Source: Mustelus asterias (Eukaryota). From it: DNA of 64,000 bases. Below the pieces are notes generated by a model. It was not told where the DNA came from, searched no databases, and worked only from the letters and a program-made list of their open reading frames with translations. Position 1 is the first letter of the stretch; every line of letters begins with the position of its first letter. This document shows, in pieces, positions 12,110 to 25,394 of the stretch. A program made the position numbers and the translations under genes. The stretch spans positions 35,154,001-35,218,000 of the forward strand of contig NC_135808.1 in assembly GCF_964213995.1 (NCBI RefSeq), written 5' to 3'.

Positions 12110-13450
12110 CCACTTCAAATCATCTTTCTCAATCTGCTTCTGTCTGTTCTAAAAGGTTTACAAAAGATGTGACTTCATTTACAGAGATATCATTTGAAAG
12201 TGAATACAAGCAAGGGAAGCAGATATACATCACTGACTTGCTGTGCACTCTCTTTGAAGGAAGTGATGCTGGTACAGAGTGTGAAATCTTCCAGATTCAA
12301 AAAGAATCAACAGCACAACATGCTCTGGAATCATTAACCCAGCAGAGACATTGGGCAGAATTTTCCCGTCCCACCCACTACAGGAATCATAGCGGGTGGG
12401 GGTACACCATGCAAATGTCCATTGACCTTAGGTGAGAATATCTGGCTTTGGGGCAGGTGCAGCCGGAAAATCCCACCCATTGAATCTGTCAGACAAGCTT
12501 CTTGCTCAAATCGAGCAAACTACACAATTAGATACAACTCTTCAAATGTTACAGGAAGTTGTGATGAAAGGATGGCCTGAAACCATCAAAGACACACCTG
12601 TTGCTGTAAGAGAGTATTGGGCAATCAGGGATGAAGTGATCGCCCAAGATGGCAACTTGTACAAAGGGACTGGGATCATTATCCCTGAAGCACATCCACA
12701 CAAACCATCAAGGAATCATGTTTAGCCTGAGGAAGGAAAGAGAAGTGCTCCACTGGTTAAACATGAACAATGAGATTAAGGACCACATCAGCCGGTGCAG
12801 TGCTTGTAATAACACCAAGCTAAGTGATCTAAAGACCTTCTCATGACTCTTGACATCCCAGACAGACCATGGGTGAAGCTTGGAGTAGACCTCTTCACTC
12901 TCACTGGAACTGATCATCTCGTCACAGTTGACGACTATTCAGACAACTGGGAGTTAGACCAGCTGATGTCAGTGACGACTCATGAGACCATACAACACCC
13001 TAAAACACACTTCAGTTGTCCTGGCATTCCTGACAATGGCCTTCAATTCACGAGTGAAAAATCCCGACACTTGATGAATGATTTGGAAATTCAGCACCAA
13101 TCATCATCTTCGCGCTATCCCCAGTCAAATGGAAAGGCTGAGGCAACGGTGAAAATTCTAAAGTGATCATCAAAACATTGGCTCAATCCAGTACAGATGT
13201 GTACAAGGTAATCACAGAGTGAAGAAACACACCTACTGAAGACATGGAAAGTTGTTCAGTCCAGTGACCAATGTCATGCAGCATCGAGACTACCCTTCCA
13301 ACAGCTAAAAAAACTACTGAGGCTGGTAGTGACAGGAGTGAGTAATAAAATCAAAGTGAAATGTCAGAAAGACAAATTTCACTTTGATAAAGGTGCTTAT
13401 TGGTTGCCAGAGCTGAGAATTGGAGAGTCGGTCAGAGTGCAAATATTCAA
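12110..13450 (+). mobile_element. Gypsy/Ty3 pol relic (RNase H linker and integrase)
   Basis: GWPE..VREYW, PDRPWVKLGVDLF, DNGLQFTS and SSRYPQSNGKAE integrase motifs with many lesions. Confidence 0.85.
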
Positions 13451-16299
13451 CATACTCAACAATTATCAGCTCACTTGAAAGATCAGATCTATTGCCACAA
13501 CTGCAGATATATTCTGATGGGACAGAAAGGAGCAGCACAGGAGAGAGGCTAACAAGAGTAGAAACACAGGAAGGATGTAAATTACTCTCTCTCTCCCCAC
13601 TTCCCTTTCCAGCTTTTATCGCTCCTTCCGGTCCTCGTTAATATTCTTCTCTTTCCTGGCTAATGAAGGGGATTCCTAACTTGCTGATAAGATTCATAGG
13701 CAGAATGTAGTCTTTCAGACAACATGGGATCAGTAGGAGTTAAATGATTTTAAGACAAGCTAACACAAACAGTTTTACACGTATGTGAATGCATTAAGAG
13801 AATCAAAACAAGTAATTATGATTTTAAAACATATATGCTGCTATTTTAAATGTAATTGTTCACTTAGTCAAGCAAAGATACCGAAAGGCTTGGTGGTAAA
13901 TGGCAATAGTTTAAAGCCAAAAGTCGGGGAACTGGTTAGTCAGCAATCGTCTTATCGGGTGGATTCCTGAGGATATGTATTTTGCAACATTAATGAATAG
14001 ATGCATTCGCTGCCCAGACACAAGGATAGAAATGCCCCTGGTTGCAGGAGTAACATGACTATACAACTTGGCAGTGAGCCAGTGGGAACGTTCACTTTGA
14101 CCTTATGGTAGCATCTGCCATTACCAGGCAACAGGGATGTAGTTAGTGCCAAGTAGGGAGGCCATGTCCAGACTTGGAAGGACAAATAAAATATCATCAT
14201 GCTATTAAGTAGCATATGGTTGGCTGAGGTACTCGACAGTGATTTGTATTGATGCATGACTGTTAAATGAAATTGATTTGAGCTAATGAAAGGTGGAGTT
14301 ATTAATTAGGAAAAACTATAATTGATCTGTATTTGACTGTGTACATCAGATCTTTCGGAGAGATTGTAGAGCTCTATTCCCAAAGCTGTTTAACCCTTTT
14401 GGAAGTCTCCGGTCAGCTGTATGTTTGTTTTGTCTGTATGTTAAATAAACTTTGTTACGTCTTTGCACAGAGATTTGCCTTGTGAGTTTTGAATGGTCTA
14501 AGTTAAGACACAATTGGCCACCTTGAAATCTCCCCACAACATGGCTATTTGTTCTCCTCTTTCCTGTGTCGTTCACTGCCCTATCCCTCTATCTCCCTCT
14601 CCTAGCTTATCTCCACCAACTTTTCATATCTTCCTTTTTGCTACCTCTCTCTCAATTCTCTCCTGCTCTCCTCCTCTTGAATGGTGGAGCAGGCTTGAGG
14701 GACTGACTCCTGCTCCCAATTCTTTTGTATAAATCAGCGTTTAATATTTCAAAAGTTTAATTTACTTTTGACAAAACTTCCATTTGAAATTCCTTTGAAT
14801 TGTCAGATTACCCTGATAAAACCAACAAGGAATATTACGGAAACAAATATTTTTAAAATTGTGGCAACTAATTGAAGCAGTTGTATTTAAGGATTGTGAT
14901 GTGATTGATTTCATGATTGGTGTGGTGTGTAGACAGGATAATTTCTTCACTCATTCTACAACACATTTTTGTTTCAATAAATGGTGATGGGGGAGGGGGT
15001 TTTTATACAGGCAGCACAGAACCTCAGGAATTTTTAACGTGGTCTTGTAAACAACTTCAATCCATGTTCATTGAATAAACTGGAGTCGGTCTTAAAAGAT
15101 CCCATAGCACTACGTTGTAGAAGAGGAAGTTATTCCTGACGTTTTGGTCAGTATGTGTTACACAATCAACATCTCAAAAGCAGATTACTCAGTCATTATC
15201 ACACTGCTGTTTGTGGAAACTTGCTCTTGTGAAAATCTAGTTTATAATTTCTCTATAACTTTTATCTTTAGGAATTAAAATGTTCACTGTATATAAATCA
15301 GGTCACCTGTTTGAGAAACTGGTAATAATTCTGATGTAAATGTAATTGAAAACAAGCTTGGAGTTTATTACAGTAAAAGACTAACCCGTGTTTATCTTAC
15401 AAGGTCAGGGGTAGAGGTGTGAAAGCGGTAAGCAACAGAGGATCATCTTTAAGTTTGTAATGGAGCCAAAAGTTTGACACTTAATTCAATAAAAGATTGA
15501 AATTACGGGTGTGGTTTCCAGATGAAAAAAAGCTGAGTGAACATGGGGGTTTCTTCATCGGCCCAGTGAGTCCAGAGAGAAGACGATCACATGCAGTAAT
15601 GTTAAGTAGGCATAGGGTTGGGTAGAAGGTTATTTTGTTCAGTTTAGCTGGCTGTTTGCTCACAGAAGATAACGGCAGTTTTGCCTTGATGTAGACTGCA
15701 TCTTGCTCAATTGAGAGAAACAACACGGGATGATTGTTCATCAGACATGCACATTAACCAGAGAAAATACTAACTTTATCTTTCACTGCAAGGAATGTGG
15801 CTGCAGGTCAAGCTCAGTTTGGATGGTGTGAGGGAAAATCAGCTGGAAGATTTGCCTAGATTGAAGCTAGTGGAAGAAATCTACAGTGGTCCTCATAGTG
15901 CTTTTTATCAGAAAGCAGTCAGCAGAGTTAGTTTGGCAGCTGTCACAGGCGGTTGGGTATCTGCCAACAAAATAAACAAAGGTCTGAAGCATTCAAATTT
16001 GAGGTTTTAAAGGAAAGTTGAAAGTGTCGTTCAGCTACAAAGCTAATGGAGAATAGCAGGATCACGGTGGGCTGGTCCTTTGATGTATCTTATGATGTAT
16101 CAGGGAACTTTCAGAGGGGTTGTGGGGGGGTGATGGAGGGGGAGTAAGAAGTAGAACTGAGTTTGTAGCATGAGTGATGAAGTAATAATGTAATGTTAAA
16201 TGAATGGTGCTTGCTTTGTTTTAATTCTTTTTATATGCAATAACATTTGTTTTTTAAAAAAACATAATCTTGTGGTGTGGTTGATCATGGGATGTTCAT

Positions 16300-16975
16300 A
16301 TTTCACAAAGGGACTTGGGGTACTTGTGCACAGCACAGAAAGCTAGCACACAGGTACAGCATGTTGACCCTTATTTCAAGGGGATTAGAACAGGAAGTCT
16401 TGCTACAACTGTACTGGGTACTGGTGAGACCACATCTGGAATACTGTGAGCAGTTTTGGTTCCCTTATTTAAGGAAAGATATTATTTCATTGGAATCAGT
16501 TTAGATGATGAAGGTTCACTAGGATGATCCATGTTATGGAGGGATTGTCTTACGAGGAAAGGTTAAACAGGTTGAGAGCTTACTCATTGGAATTTAGAGA
16601 GGTGATCTCATTGAAACATGAGGATTCTTAAGGGGCTTGACAGGGTAAATGCTGAGAGGATTTTTCCCCTCATGAGAAAGTCTAGGACCAGAAGAGTCTC
16701 AGAATAAAGGGGTGCCAATTTAAGACTGAGATGAGGAGGAATTTCTTCTCAGAGAGTTGTGTCTTTGGAACTCCTTTCCACAGAGAGCAGTGGGGCAGAG
16801 CTCTTGTGTATATTTAAGGCTGAGATAGATTTTTGATCAGTAAGGGGATCAAGCATTACAAGTAAAGGGCAGGAAAATGAATGTGAGAAATGTCAAATCA
16901 GTCATAATCCTATTGAACGGCAGAGCAGGTTGATGGGGCCGAACTACCTGTTCCTCCTATATCTTATGGTTAATA
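16300..16975 (+). mobile_element. CR1 LINE 3' fragment
   Basis: [17 protein letters not shown] motif and 3' tail. Confidence 0.8.
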
Positions 16976-17554
16976 GGTCATGGGATTGTTCCAGTTTTCT
17001 ACTTTCACTAAATTCCTCTCAATTGCCCTCAGCAACAACAGTTATTCAGTTTCTTCATCTTCAACCTCCAGCTGAGATTCTGAACCCATACCCTCCCCAT
17101 CACAAAGATCACCTACTCTCCCCTCTGTAACGTCACCCATTTCCAACCCCCCAACCACCCCTGTATTAATTCATCTGCTGTTGAAATCCTCATCCATGCT
17201 ATTGTTGCTTCTAGACTAGCCTGGACCATTCCAATGCTCTCCTGTCCAACTTTCAATCTTCTACCCTCCACACAATCTCACAGCAAAGGACGTTCAGTAG
17301 CATTGCGACACAGAACAAGCAGCAGCTTTCACTCACATCAAACAACTAGCGACAACAACGCCGGTACTGAGATTGCAAAATATACGTTTCTGGGGGGGTA
17401 TTGACAAGGTAGATGTAGAGAGGATATTCCCTCTTGTGGGAGAATTTAGAATTAGGGGTCATGGTTTAAAGTCAGGGTCACACATTTGAGACAGGTGAGG
17501 AGGAATTTTTCACAGAGGATCGTGAGTCTTTGGAACTCTTCCTCAAAAGGGGAG

Positions 17555-17900
17555 GTATTGGGGTAGTGATTTGTCACTGGACTTGCAACCCAGAAACCTA
17601 GGGTATTACTTTGGTGGACCTGGGTTCAAATCCCACCATGGAAGTTGGTAAAATCTGAATTCAGTAAACAAAATCTAGAATTAAAAGTCTAACGTTGACC
17701 ATGAAACCATTGTTGACTGTTGTAAAAACCCACCTTGTTCACTAATATCCTTTTAGGGAAGAAAATCTGTCATCCTTACCAGGTCTGGCCTACATTTGAC
17801 TCCAGACCCACGGAAATGTGGTGACTCTTAAAATGCCCTCATGGATGGACAATAAATGCTGACCCAACCAGTGACGCCTCCATATCTCATGAATGAATTT
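17555..17900 (+). mobile_element. Second tRNA-derived SINE family
   Basis: gggttcaaatcccacc B-box followed by the gaccatgaaaccattg..ggtctggcctacat body; related to 11880-12100 (minus) and 48640-48940. Confidence 0.6.
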
Positions 17901-18759
17901 TATAAAAGCATTATTGAGAAGGGAATGAAAGGTTATGGAGGGGTAGGCAGCATGTTGTAGAATCTTGAATGTTTGTATAAAGTGTTATTGAGTGTTTTAG
18001 AAGGGGTACTTGGATATTTTTAGATAGTATTAGGCTGTACGCAGCTAAGTTAAAACAGAGTCCCAAATTCCCCTTTTCTCTTTCAAACTATTTGAGTTTA
18101 ACAGAGATATAACCATCAGACAATGACTCAGATACCACATCAGTAAATAGTATCAAACTTTGATTAGAAGCAAATTTTAGAAACCTATCAGTGAACGAGT
18201 AGAGACAGAAAAGTGTCAGTGAAACTCTACCAACTTCACACTTTCAAATGAATGATCAATCCAAGAGAGATGGAAAACAAAATTCCTCATTCTGACGGGG
18301 AATCCATCACTGCTCCGAGAAGCACATCTTGTTGGGATATCAACAGAGAGAATCAACCACTGAGTCAGTCCCAGCACTAATCACATTCAATACTCATGTG
18401 TCCCTGGACTTTGGTAGAAATGACCTTTGCGCTGATTGGAGGACGCTGAACTCCCTCAGAAGATCTAATCTGGATCCACCAAACCTGATGGACACAAAGA
18501 TGGTTCCCGCAACCCCTATTTTGATATTCAGAAGATGTTGTCAGCTCACCTGAGCCAAGTTGTTGAAAATGGCTAATTGTTCTGTAATTTGTCATTAATG
18601 TGATGAGTTAACTCCATTGGTTCGAGCTAATTACACATATTGGGGGGCGATCTTACCATTGTGCCCTGCTGGCTGATGGATGGGGCGAGCCGGTGAGATT
18701 ACGCACGAGCTGAGAAATCCGGTTCATGCCTGATTTCTCACCTCTCCCGATCTTACTAG

Positions 18760-19378
18760 GACGGCACAGTGGTTAGCATTGCTGCCTCATGGTAAGAAGT
18801 CTCACAACACCAGGTTAAAGTCCAACAGGTTTATTTGGTAGCAAATACCATAAGCTTTCGGAGCGCTGCTCCTTCGTCAGATGGAGTGGATATCTGCTCT
18901 CAAACAGTGCACAGACACAGAAATCAAGTTACAGAATACTAATTAGAATGCGAATCTCTACAACCAGCCAGGTCTTAAAGGTACAGACAATGTGGGTGGA
19001 GGGAGCATTCAACACAGGTTAAAGAGATGTGTATTGTCTCCAGACAGAACAGCTAGTGAGATTCTACAAGCCCAGGAGGCAAGCCTCATGGTGCCAGGGA
19101 CCAGGTTCAATTCCCGGCTTGAGTCACTGTCCTGCGTGGAGTTTGCACATTCTCCCCATGTCTGCATGGGTTTCCTCTGGGTGCTCTGGTTTCCTCCCAC
19201 GGTCCAAAGATGTGGAAGTTAGGTGGATTGGCCATGATATATTGTCCATTAGTGTCAGGGGGATTAGCAGGGTAAATGTGAGGTTACAGGGATAGGGCCT
19301 GGATGGGATCATTGTTGGTGCAGGCTCTATGAGCTGAATGGCCTCCTTCTGCACTGTAGGGATTCTATGATTTTATGA
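18760..19378 (+). mobile_element. HE1-like SINE split by a Penelope-type insertion (~18791-19083)
   Basis: SINE head (acggcacagtggttagcattgctgcctcatgg) resumes at gcctcatggtgccaggg after the insert; gcctcatggt is duplicated. Confidence 0.75.
18848..18884 (-). ncRNA. Minimal type-I hammerhead ribozyme in a Penelope-like element
   Basis: Minus strand reads ccat-CTGACGA-aggagcagcgctcc-GAAA-gc-TT-atgg: intact core, stem II ggagc/gctcc, stem I ccat/atgg. Confidence 0.75.
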
Positions 19379-19499
19379 TACTGGTACCAAATATCCGGCG
19401 CATTTAGCTTCGTGCCCAATTCTGGCGCAAGGCCAAATAAATTAAATATAATTAGCGAGCCCAGGTTAGAATCGTCCAGGCTCACTTAAATATACGACA

Positions 19500-22093
19500 A
19501 AATATACACTACCACAAATAGTCTCGAGATGAAACATCCTGAAGCCTTGTTCTTTGTGGCCAGGGACTTCAACCAGGCCAAGCTCAAGAGTGTCCTAAGA
19601 AGATACCACCAATACATCTCCTGTTGCACCAGAGGCCCAAACATCCTAGACCACTGCTACACAAATATCAAATATGCCTACCTCTCTATCACCCACCCAC
19701 AATTTGTGCCCAATTTACAAGCAAAAACTGAAATGGGAGAATCCGATCGAAAAAGTCAGCAATGTTCGTCTGAGGAATTGGATGATCTCCTACAGACTGC
19801 TTCAAGTCAGTGGACTGGTCAATATTTAAGAACTCAATGGCCAAACTGAGCGAGTATGCCACTACAGTAACAGACTTCATTAGCAAGTGCGTAGAAGACT
19901 GTGGGCCAAAGAAGCAAATCCATGTGCTTCCCAACAGGAAATCATGGATGAACAGAGATATCAACTACTTGCTGAAGTCCAGGTCTGAGGCATTCAAGCC
20001 AAGTGATCCAGAAATGACCTATAGAGATCCATCAAAGATGCCAAGAGATGGTACCGGATCAAGCTAGAGTTCCAGGCTAGCCACATGGACCCCCACAGAC
20101 TATGGCAAAGACATAGGCTACAGGATGAAGGCAAATAAAATCAGCAGCACCAATGCACCCCTCCATGATTAGCTCGACAAATTCTGTGCCGTTTTGAGCA
20201 AGAGGTCAGTGAGAGCATGCCTTCCGCCCTGGAGTCCTCGGCCGAATCGATATCCAAGGTCACCATCACAGACGTCAAATCAGCCTTCTCGAAAGTCAAC
20301 CGACAGAAAGCGACTGTCCCGGATGAGCACTCAGATTCTGCTCAGACCAGCTGGCAGGGATATTTGCAGACATCTTTAACCTCTCTTAACACTGATCTGC
20401 TTCAAGATGACGACCATCATACGGGTACCATAGAAAAGCCAGGCAGCCGGTCTGGCGGCTCTGACATCCATCATCATGAAGTGCTTCGAAAGGTTAGTCA
20501 TGGCATGGATCAATTCCGACCTACCAGATTTCCTGGCTCCAGTACAGTTCACCCATCACCACAACAGGCCCACATCAGATGTAATCTGCCTGACTCTACA
20601 CTTAACCCTGAAACACCTAGATAACAAAGACACCTATGTCAGACCCCTATTAATGACTACAGCTTAGCCTTCAACACCATTATTCCGACAAAACTCATTC
20701 CCAAACTCCATGGCCTGGGGCTCGGCTCCTCTCTCTGCGACCAGGTCCTAGACTTCCTGACCCACAGACCACAATCAGTAATGATAGGCAACAACATCTC
20801 CTCCATGTTAATCCTCAACACCGGTGCCCCTCAAGGCTGTTTCCTCAGCCCCTTACTATATTCCTTATACACCTATGACTGTGTGGCCAAATTCCACTCT
20901 ACCTCCACTTTCAAATTTGCTGGTGACACCACCATAGAGATTCAAATCTCAAACAATGATGAGACGGAGTACAGGAAAGATGGAGAATCTGGTGAACTAG
21001 TGCGACGACAATAATCGCTCCCTCAATGTCAGTGAAATGAAGGAGATAGTCATCAACTTCAGGAAGCGTAGATGTGCCCATCTACATCAATGGGGATGAA
21101 ATGCAAGTGGTTGAGAGCTTCAAGTTTCTCAGTGTCCAGATCACCAACAACCTATAGTGTCCCCACTGACGCTATAGTTAAGAAAGCTCAACAATGCCTC
21201 TACTTTCTCAGGAGGCGAAGGAAATTTGGCATGTCTGTGACAAGCTTCACCAACTTCTACAGATGCACCATAGAAAGCATTCTTTCTGCTGGTATCATAG
21301 CTTAGTAGGGCTCCTGCTCTGTCCAAAATCGCAAAAAACTACAAATGGATGTGAACGAATCTCAGTCCATCACGCAAACCAGCCTCCCACCCATTGACTC
21401 TGTCTATACTTCCCACTGGCTCGGAAAAGCAGTCAGCACAATCAGGACCCCACGCATAGAAATCATAGATCATAGAAACCCTACAGTGCAGAAGGAGGCC
21501 ATTCGGCCCATCGAGTCTGCACCGACCACAATCCCACCCAGGCCCCACCCCCACATATTTTACCCACTAATCCCTCTAACCTACACATCCCAGGACTCTA
21601 AGGGGCAATTTTTTAACCTGGCCAATCAACCTAACCCGCACATCTTTGGACTGTGGGAGGAAACCGGAGCACCCGGAGGAAACCCACGCAGACACGAGGA
21701 GAATGTGCAAACTCCACACAGACAGTGACCCGAGCCGGGAATCGAACCCGGGACCCTGGAGCTGTGAAGCAGCAGTGCTAACCACTGTGCTACCGTGCCA
21801 CCCCAGACGCACCCCGGACATATTCTCTTCCACCTTCTTCCGTCAGGATAAAGATACAAAAGTCCATGTCACATTTCAACCAACTCAAGAACAGCTTCTT
21901 CTCTGCTGCCATCAGACTTTTCAGTGGACCTACCTTGCATTAAGATGATCTTTCTCTACACCCCAGCTATAAACTATAACATTACATTCTGCACTCTCTC
22001 CTGTCCTTCCCTTTGTAGGGTATGTTTTGTCTGTATAGCATGCAAGAAACAATACTTTTCACTGCATACTAATACATGGTGATAATAAATCAA
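19500..22093 (+). mobile_element. Rex1/Babar LINE ORF2, long decayed copy
   Basis: DFNQA endonuclease, [28 protein letters not shown] and KFAGDTT motifs; interrupted by an HE1 SINE. Confidence 0.88.
21456..21804 (-). mobile_element. HE1 SINE, young copy
   Basis: Near-identical to the reverse complement of 5252-5600 and 29467-29814. Confidence 0.9.
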
Positions 22094-22157
22094 AGGATTG
22101 TTCCACATTGAGTGCTTGTCTGCTATTCCCGTATGGAGGATCAGATGCCTCACTTGA

Positions 22158-22480
22158 CACAGCACGGTGGCATATGCTTAGCATGACTGCCTCACAGCGC
22201 CAGGAGCCTGGGTCCGATTCCAGCCTTGGGTGATTGCATGGAGTTTGTACATTCTTCCTGTGTCTGCATTGGTTTCTTCCGGGTACTCCATTTCCACTCA
22301 GTCCAAAGATGTGCAGGTTACGTGGATTGGCCATGCTAAATTGCTCCTGAGTGTCACAAAGATATGTTGGATCGGGGGATACAGGCTTAGGCCAGAGGGC
22401 CTGGGTAAGATGCTCTTTCAGAGAGTCGGTGCAGACTCAGAGCTGAATGGCCTCCTTCTGCACTGTAGGGATTATAGGAT
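22158..22480 (+). mobile_element. HE1-like SINE, older copy
   Basis: Diverged head, V-domain and ctgcactgtaggga tail. Confidence 0.75.
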
Positions 22481-24599
22481 GGCTGTCACACACCCTCTGT
22501 TTCTAGCAGGGACACTGGATGATGACCAGAAGCAGACACCATGGCTACTTTCTTTCCTCCGCCCAGACCCCCACCTTCCTAGGTACCGTGAGGAATGGAA
22601 AAGACAGTCGGGTGGAGTGTAAAATGGGCTATCAAGTCAAGCTCTGTCTAAACGGTCTCTGAAGTGTGGGATCAACCCGGGTCATTCACACACCTGGATC
22701 ATGATCAAGACTCACCTGCCTGCGTCACTCAAACAATCCTGTATTACTGTCCTTAATGTCATCGGATGCCATGTCTTGGCGCAACAGGAGAGTTCTCCCG
22801 AAACAGCATATCTAGTATTCCTCAATGAACTGGTTCAGACCAGTATCACTGAGGGATACCAGGGATTTTCAGACAGTCGATGGTTGTTCTGGAGTGTGGT
22901 CAGTGGGATTTAGGATGTTTAGGTTTTTGTTCGATGTGGGGATCCTCCATCGGCACCGAGCCTGTAGGTTTTTCCTGACTCCGGGAGTCTACCTGCTTTT
23001 CTTCATCAGTTTCACTTCTCCTGACATCAGGGACTTTACCACCTTTCACAACTTCAGGAAACCAGACACAAAGACAATACTGACTCCTGCAGCTCCAACT
23101 AGTTACCACTTTAAACCAAAGCAAACTTTCAAGCTACCAGTTTACAGGGGGAAAAAATGCATTCTGTACACAGCCTTGGGACTTAACCCCTTAGAAACTG
23201 AATCTAATACAACAGAAGTATTATACATTGTGAGCCAAGACTTAATTAGCATTCTCGTCTCTGAGTCAGAAGGTTGTGGGTTGAAGTCTAATTCCAGAGA
23301 CTTGAGCACTGAAGCTGTCAATTTGCTTTTTACAGGAGCAGTTGACGTATAAATGCAAGCTTTCTTTCTCAGGGGAACATTCTACTTCCTGTGAACTGCA
23401 AATTTTAAACTTATTGATGAAGTTAAGTATACCAGTGCACAGTGACACTGACCATTACATCGTGTACAGGACTCTTACCGTAGGCTCCTGAGTGCTTCAG
23501 TGAAGAGGAACACACCATGCTGATAAATCAGGTAATTAGAGTTAAGCAAAAAAAAAAAGAGACTTATAAATCTATATAGAAGATTGATAAAACAGCAGAC
23601 AAAGAAACACAATTTTCAGCTTACACGGAAGGTTTAATCAACCAAAATAACAAAACCTTTTTAAATGACTCAAGATCTTTCCCAGAAGATGAAATGAATC
23701 TTGGAAGAGTGTAAGGTGAACATATCACACTGTCATTACATCGAAGTATGATGAGCTGAGGGAATTCAGGTCTGTGGAGATTCACCTCCACTCCCTCACC
23801 ATACTCAGGATTGTAGTCTTCCCAGACAGGAGAGTACAAACATTACCCACGATGTTCGTCAAACACCCATCACCTGAAGAGCATCTGTCTATAATTTACA
23901 TCAACTAAAGCAGGGTCTGATTCTACCCCATACCCACTCCTGAGAGCTGGCTCACTTTACTGACACACACACACACACACACACAGATCAGGGGAAAGTC
24001 TCTCGGAATCCTACAGACAGAAGTTTCTTTAACATCTGTGTTTTAGTCTGACTCTCAATTCCGATGGTCAGAAATGGCACTGAACTTTAGTGACACAGGA
24101 TGGAGCTCGTTTCCATCATACAAACCCACTAATGGTTACATGGGTCCATGGACCAGTTTCTATTCCTGGAAGACACTCTTCCCCCAGGTGAGTTGGACAG
24201 TGCTTTCCAATTCCCAACTCTCTACCCTTTGACCCTCCATTCACCACAACGTTTCTGTAGCCGTCAATCTGGTTTAAACATTCACTCATATCATCTTCTA
24301 CACCCTTGTTCCCAAAATTACCGTTACTGTCTTCCTTCCTGGTCAATCTCCCTGCTTCTCAGGTCCAAGGGGTAAAGACTTACCTGTATCTGGTACACAA
24401 CTGGTTCAGCCATCCATTGCCAGATCTGACTGGACCACATCAGGCCCTAGTGGTCCTGCTTTCCCCTGTCAAAATTGCTCATTACTCCAGGATGTGGAGA
24501 TGCCGGCATTGGACTGGGGTTACTCCAGGACCATCCTGAAGAGAAAAGATAACCCACAACTTCTCCTTCCTAAAAACAACTGTGTCCTTGTGGAAGTTA

Positions 24600-25115
24600 T
24601 GTCACCAGCTTTACAGAGCTCTGTTTAGATCCTATTTGGAGAACTGTGTTCAGTTCTGGGCCCCACACCTCAGGAAGGATATACTGCCCTTGGAGAGAGT
24701 GCAGCATAGATTCACCAGAATGTTCCTGGGGCTAAAAGGGTCAAATTATGAGGACAGGTTGAACAGACTGATGACTAAATGAATTGATAGTTAGAGAGAA
24801 ATTATTCCTCTGGTGGGAGAGTCCAGAACATGGGGACAAGAGCATTAAAATTAGAGCGAGGCTGTTCAGGGGTGATGTCAGCAAACAGTTCTTCACAAAA
24901 AGGGGACTGGAAATCTGGAACTCGCTCCTCACAAAAATCTGTCAAGTCTGGGGGTTAATTGAAAATTTGAATACTGAGGTTGATAGGTTTATTGTTAGAC
25001 AAGGGGATTAAAGGTTACAGAGCCAAGGCAGGTAGATAGAGTTAAGATACGGATCAATCATGATCTAATTGAATAGTGTCACAGGCTCAAGGGACAACTC
25101 CAGTTCCTACATTCC
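24600..25115 (+). mobile_element. CR1 LINE 3' fragment
   Basis: LENCVQFWAPHLRKDI..RVQHRFTRM and FFTKRGLEIWN motifs. Confidence 0.8.
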
Positions 25116-25394
25116 TTAAGTTCCTCTCGATTGTTCTCTCCACTCATCTCCAACAATTAGTCAGTGTCATTCTCTTCAACCTCCAGTTTAGCTTCCAACC
25201 CCATACCTTCTCTATCACAAAGATCACCTACTTCCCCCTCTGTAATATCACCCATTTCCAACACCCCGACCTACACCCACATTAGTCTCTGCTGTTGAAA
25301 TCCTCATCCATGTTGACTGTGTGAAGTCCTCGTCAGGCATCTTTTTCTCAGTGTGGATGTCTCAGTTTCTTGAGCATTGCTGACTGTGAGAGAC

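Noticed and set aside
13690-14512. Possible additional solo LTR (AATAAA at ~14447, ends ..gacaca)
   Set aside because: No matching TG start or TSD found by eye
22825-23352. 175-aa ORF
   Set aside because: No domain or splice context; its 3' part runs into SINE-like and paralogous flank sequence
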